Below are positions 36,131 to 38,286 of a stretch of DNA of 38,286 nucleotides, in pieces. Source of the DNA: Octopus bimaculoides (lineage: Eukaryota). Each line of letters starts with the position of its first letter. The stretch's first letter is position 1. The stretch is taken from the NCBI RefSeq assembly GCF_001194135.2, contig NC_068999.1, forward strand, positions 40,915,816 to 40,954,101. Reading direction: 5' to 3'. The position numbers were made by a program, and so were the translations under genes. Under the pieces are notes generated by a model. That model made no database searches, was not told the origin of the DNA, and was given only the letters and a program-made list of their open reading frames with translations.

Positions 36131-37728
36131 ATATATATATATATATATATATGCGCGCAGAAAAGCTTCTAAATTGAACGCATACTCACATTTACACTCA
36201 TACAAAAGTGTATATTTGTGTATGTGTCTGTGTGTGTAGAGAGAGAGAGAGGTGGGGCGACTGAGACAAAGACAGAGAGAGAGTGGGGGGAAACAGGACG
36301 TGCGTAGGTGTTTGTATTTGTGTTAATTACATTCAAAGAGGAAGAAATTGTTGCCATACTAAAAGAGAAGGCACCTGGTAAAAGAATGACATGAGAGAAT
36401 CGCGTAAAAGGGTGTGGTGCATGGGGCGACCAAATTATAAACTTTCATTTTACTATTAAGATCAGATAAACATTTTTATTTTCCAAGAAAATTTCTCTGT
36501 AAAATAATAATTCAATAGCAAATTTATTCACATTTCTGTTTTATTTTCTATTTCAATTTTCTTTTATTTATTTATTAATTTATTTTGTTCACGTTAGATC
36601 TTTCCTGAAATTGAGAAATGTATTATTCTTCTTTGTGTTATTCTTCTTTGTCTGAAAACCATTTTACCAAGATGTTGATTAATATTTTGTTCACATATGA
36701 TGGACAGAACATTTCTCTAACTTTGGACATCAATGACATTTTACAACTATAGTCATAATTTCAACAAAAGAAGGTAGCGTATTGGTAAATGTGTAAGGGG
36801 ATGAGGTGAATTTCAGCTTTCATCGTTTCAGTATCATTAAGACACTTACTACAAACGCAAGGAAGGATCGGTTTCCTACCTTTTTCTGTCTCTGAATACG
36901 GCTATGCTTTATCTAAATTGTCGATAGGGTATAAACCTTGTCCCAATTTTCTCTTGTAGAAATAGGAAGCAACTTCTATTTAAAAAACACAGCATGCTGC
37001 AGAAACTTGCTATACGCATTTATGACTGTCATCTGTAACTACGCCATTCATGTCTTTCCTATGAGAAATGGTATGGAAAATGTCAATTTACTTGCTTTTA
37101 CTACCAAACTCGAGCAAGCTAGACGGCAGTTCACTTGTCGTTTGGAGGTACAAAAACTTAGTGACTTTATAGTGAAACGAAGCAATAGGATTTCTTTTGG
37201 TTCCCCCCCTTTTTTATTTGTCTGTTTTTGTTCCTTATTCAAGGGCTTGTCCGAGACGCTGGAATCGGAAATAAATGACGTCATTTCTTTTACATTTTTA
37301 GGACCGTCAGTCAACGTGCACTAAATATTTTCGTAGTTTTTTTCTTCTGTCAGATCGATCTCAGTATTATTTGTTTATATAAGATAGATAGACTATCTGA
37401 TGAAATTTTGGGCAACGAAGAAATTTGCAGACTATTATATCAATAACAAGGCGACGAATTTTTCCCTCAGAGAAACAGAGGGATGGAAAGAGAAACAATG
37501 TTTGTGTCCCAGGGCGTACATATCTTTTACTATAAAAATAGGGGATTGGAAATAACATGGCATTATTTACTCACCATTACACATGTTTCATATTCTAACA
37601 GGAGTTACAAAATTCTACATGTAGGAGAAACATGTAAGACATCTTTTAGAAATACTTCAGATAGAGGTGTGTTCCTAGAGGACAGCTTTGATTATAACCC
37701 TACCGAAATAATATCTATCTATCTATCA

Positions 37729-37786
<58 letters not shown>

Positions 37787-38145
37787 NNNNNNNNNNATAT
37801 ATACACACACATACTTCTGTTCGGACTAGTAGTGGTGCTTTCAATAAGACCACACATCTGTACAAAATTACAAAATCAAATTTGGCAAACTTCAAATATC
37901 AATAATATCAATTGGTATCACACACACACACACACACACTCGCACAGTATGGTAGTTTGATGTCTATGAATTATTAAAACAGTCACAAATTTGTCGGCCT
38001 GAAGCTGCGACCATTACAATTCATTGTTTCTAACGGAATACAATGTCACGACTTCCTCATTAGGAATTCACTAAAGAAAGCAGCTTGTTTTTGTGCTCTA
38101 AAACTCATAACATTTATTAGTTATTGTTGTCGTTTCAGATGAAAC

Positions 38146-38162
38146 TAATAATAATAATAATA

Positions 38163-38207
<45 letters not shown>

Positions 38208-38222
38208 ACAATAATAATAATA
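38146..38222. repeat. (TAA)n(TTA)n(AAT)n trinucleotide array
   Basis: Direct reading. Confidence 0.95.
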
Positions 38223-38286
38223 GGAAGAAAAACAATGGAAATAATTATTTTCTTTACGTTTATCATTATTATAATTAAGTTTGTCA

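Larger units (their letters stand above)
5298..37796. other. 16 assembly gaps: 5298-5307, 8335-8877, 9880-10262, 11116-11731, 13900-14243, 16351-17171, 17370-17379, 21329-21406, 21862-21872, 25689-26163, 27362-27643, 28494-28892, 30060-30076, 34980-35523, 35864-35873, 37787-37796
   Basis: Runs of N, ~4.55 kb in total; most abut a simple repeat on at least one side. Confidence 0.98.

Noticed and set aside
36938-37324. 128-aa non-repetitive ORF (also 25008-25205, 12373-12768 and 18569-19108)
   Set aside because: No recognisable motif, non-ATG start or no splice context, and lengths compatible with chance.
38120-38160. Plus-strand acceptor-like GTCGTTTCAG|ATG and other isolated splice-like sites (9318, 13145, 19922, 27766)
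   Set aside because: No matching partner site enclosing an open, complex exon.
1-38286. Dozens of ORFs rich in YI/CV/HT/ER/LS/YLSI dipeptides or X runs
   Set aside because: They are translations of microsatellites and N gaps, which lack stop codons in several frames; there is no coding signal.

Overview
AT-rich, microsatellite-dense animal DNA, most likely intergenic or intronic sequence from a cephalopod (Octopus-like) draft assembly. The taxon is inferred from the SINE families and repeat landscape, not checked by search. About 4.55 kb (~12%) is N, in 16 gaps, most bordered by simple repeats. I can support no intact host protein-coding gene; nearly all ORF-track entries are translations of (TA/TG/CA/CT/GATA)n arrays or N runs. 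The window does contain: three tRNA-derived SINE families (about 15 full or partial copies), a pogo/Tigger-like MITE, two unrelated mariner remnants each nested in a SINE, a decayed RTE-type LINE, and an open-frame L1/Tx1-like ORF2 fragment inside a GATA array. The most notable items are (1) a degenerate minimal type I hammerhead ribozyme of the Penelope/retrozyme kind at 16272-16306 (-), (2) a fold-back mariner whose 3' half is replaced by an inverted copy of its own 5' end, and (3) the LINE fragment flanked on both sides by the same variant GATA array. No clearly new multi-gene system is supported.
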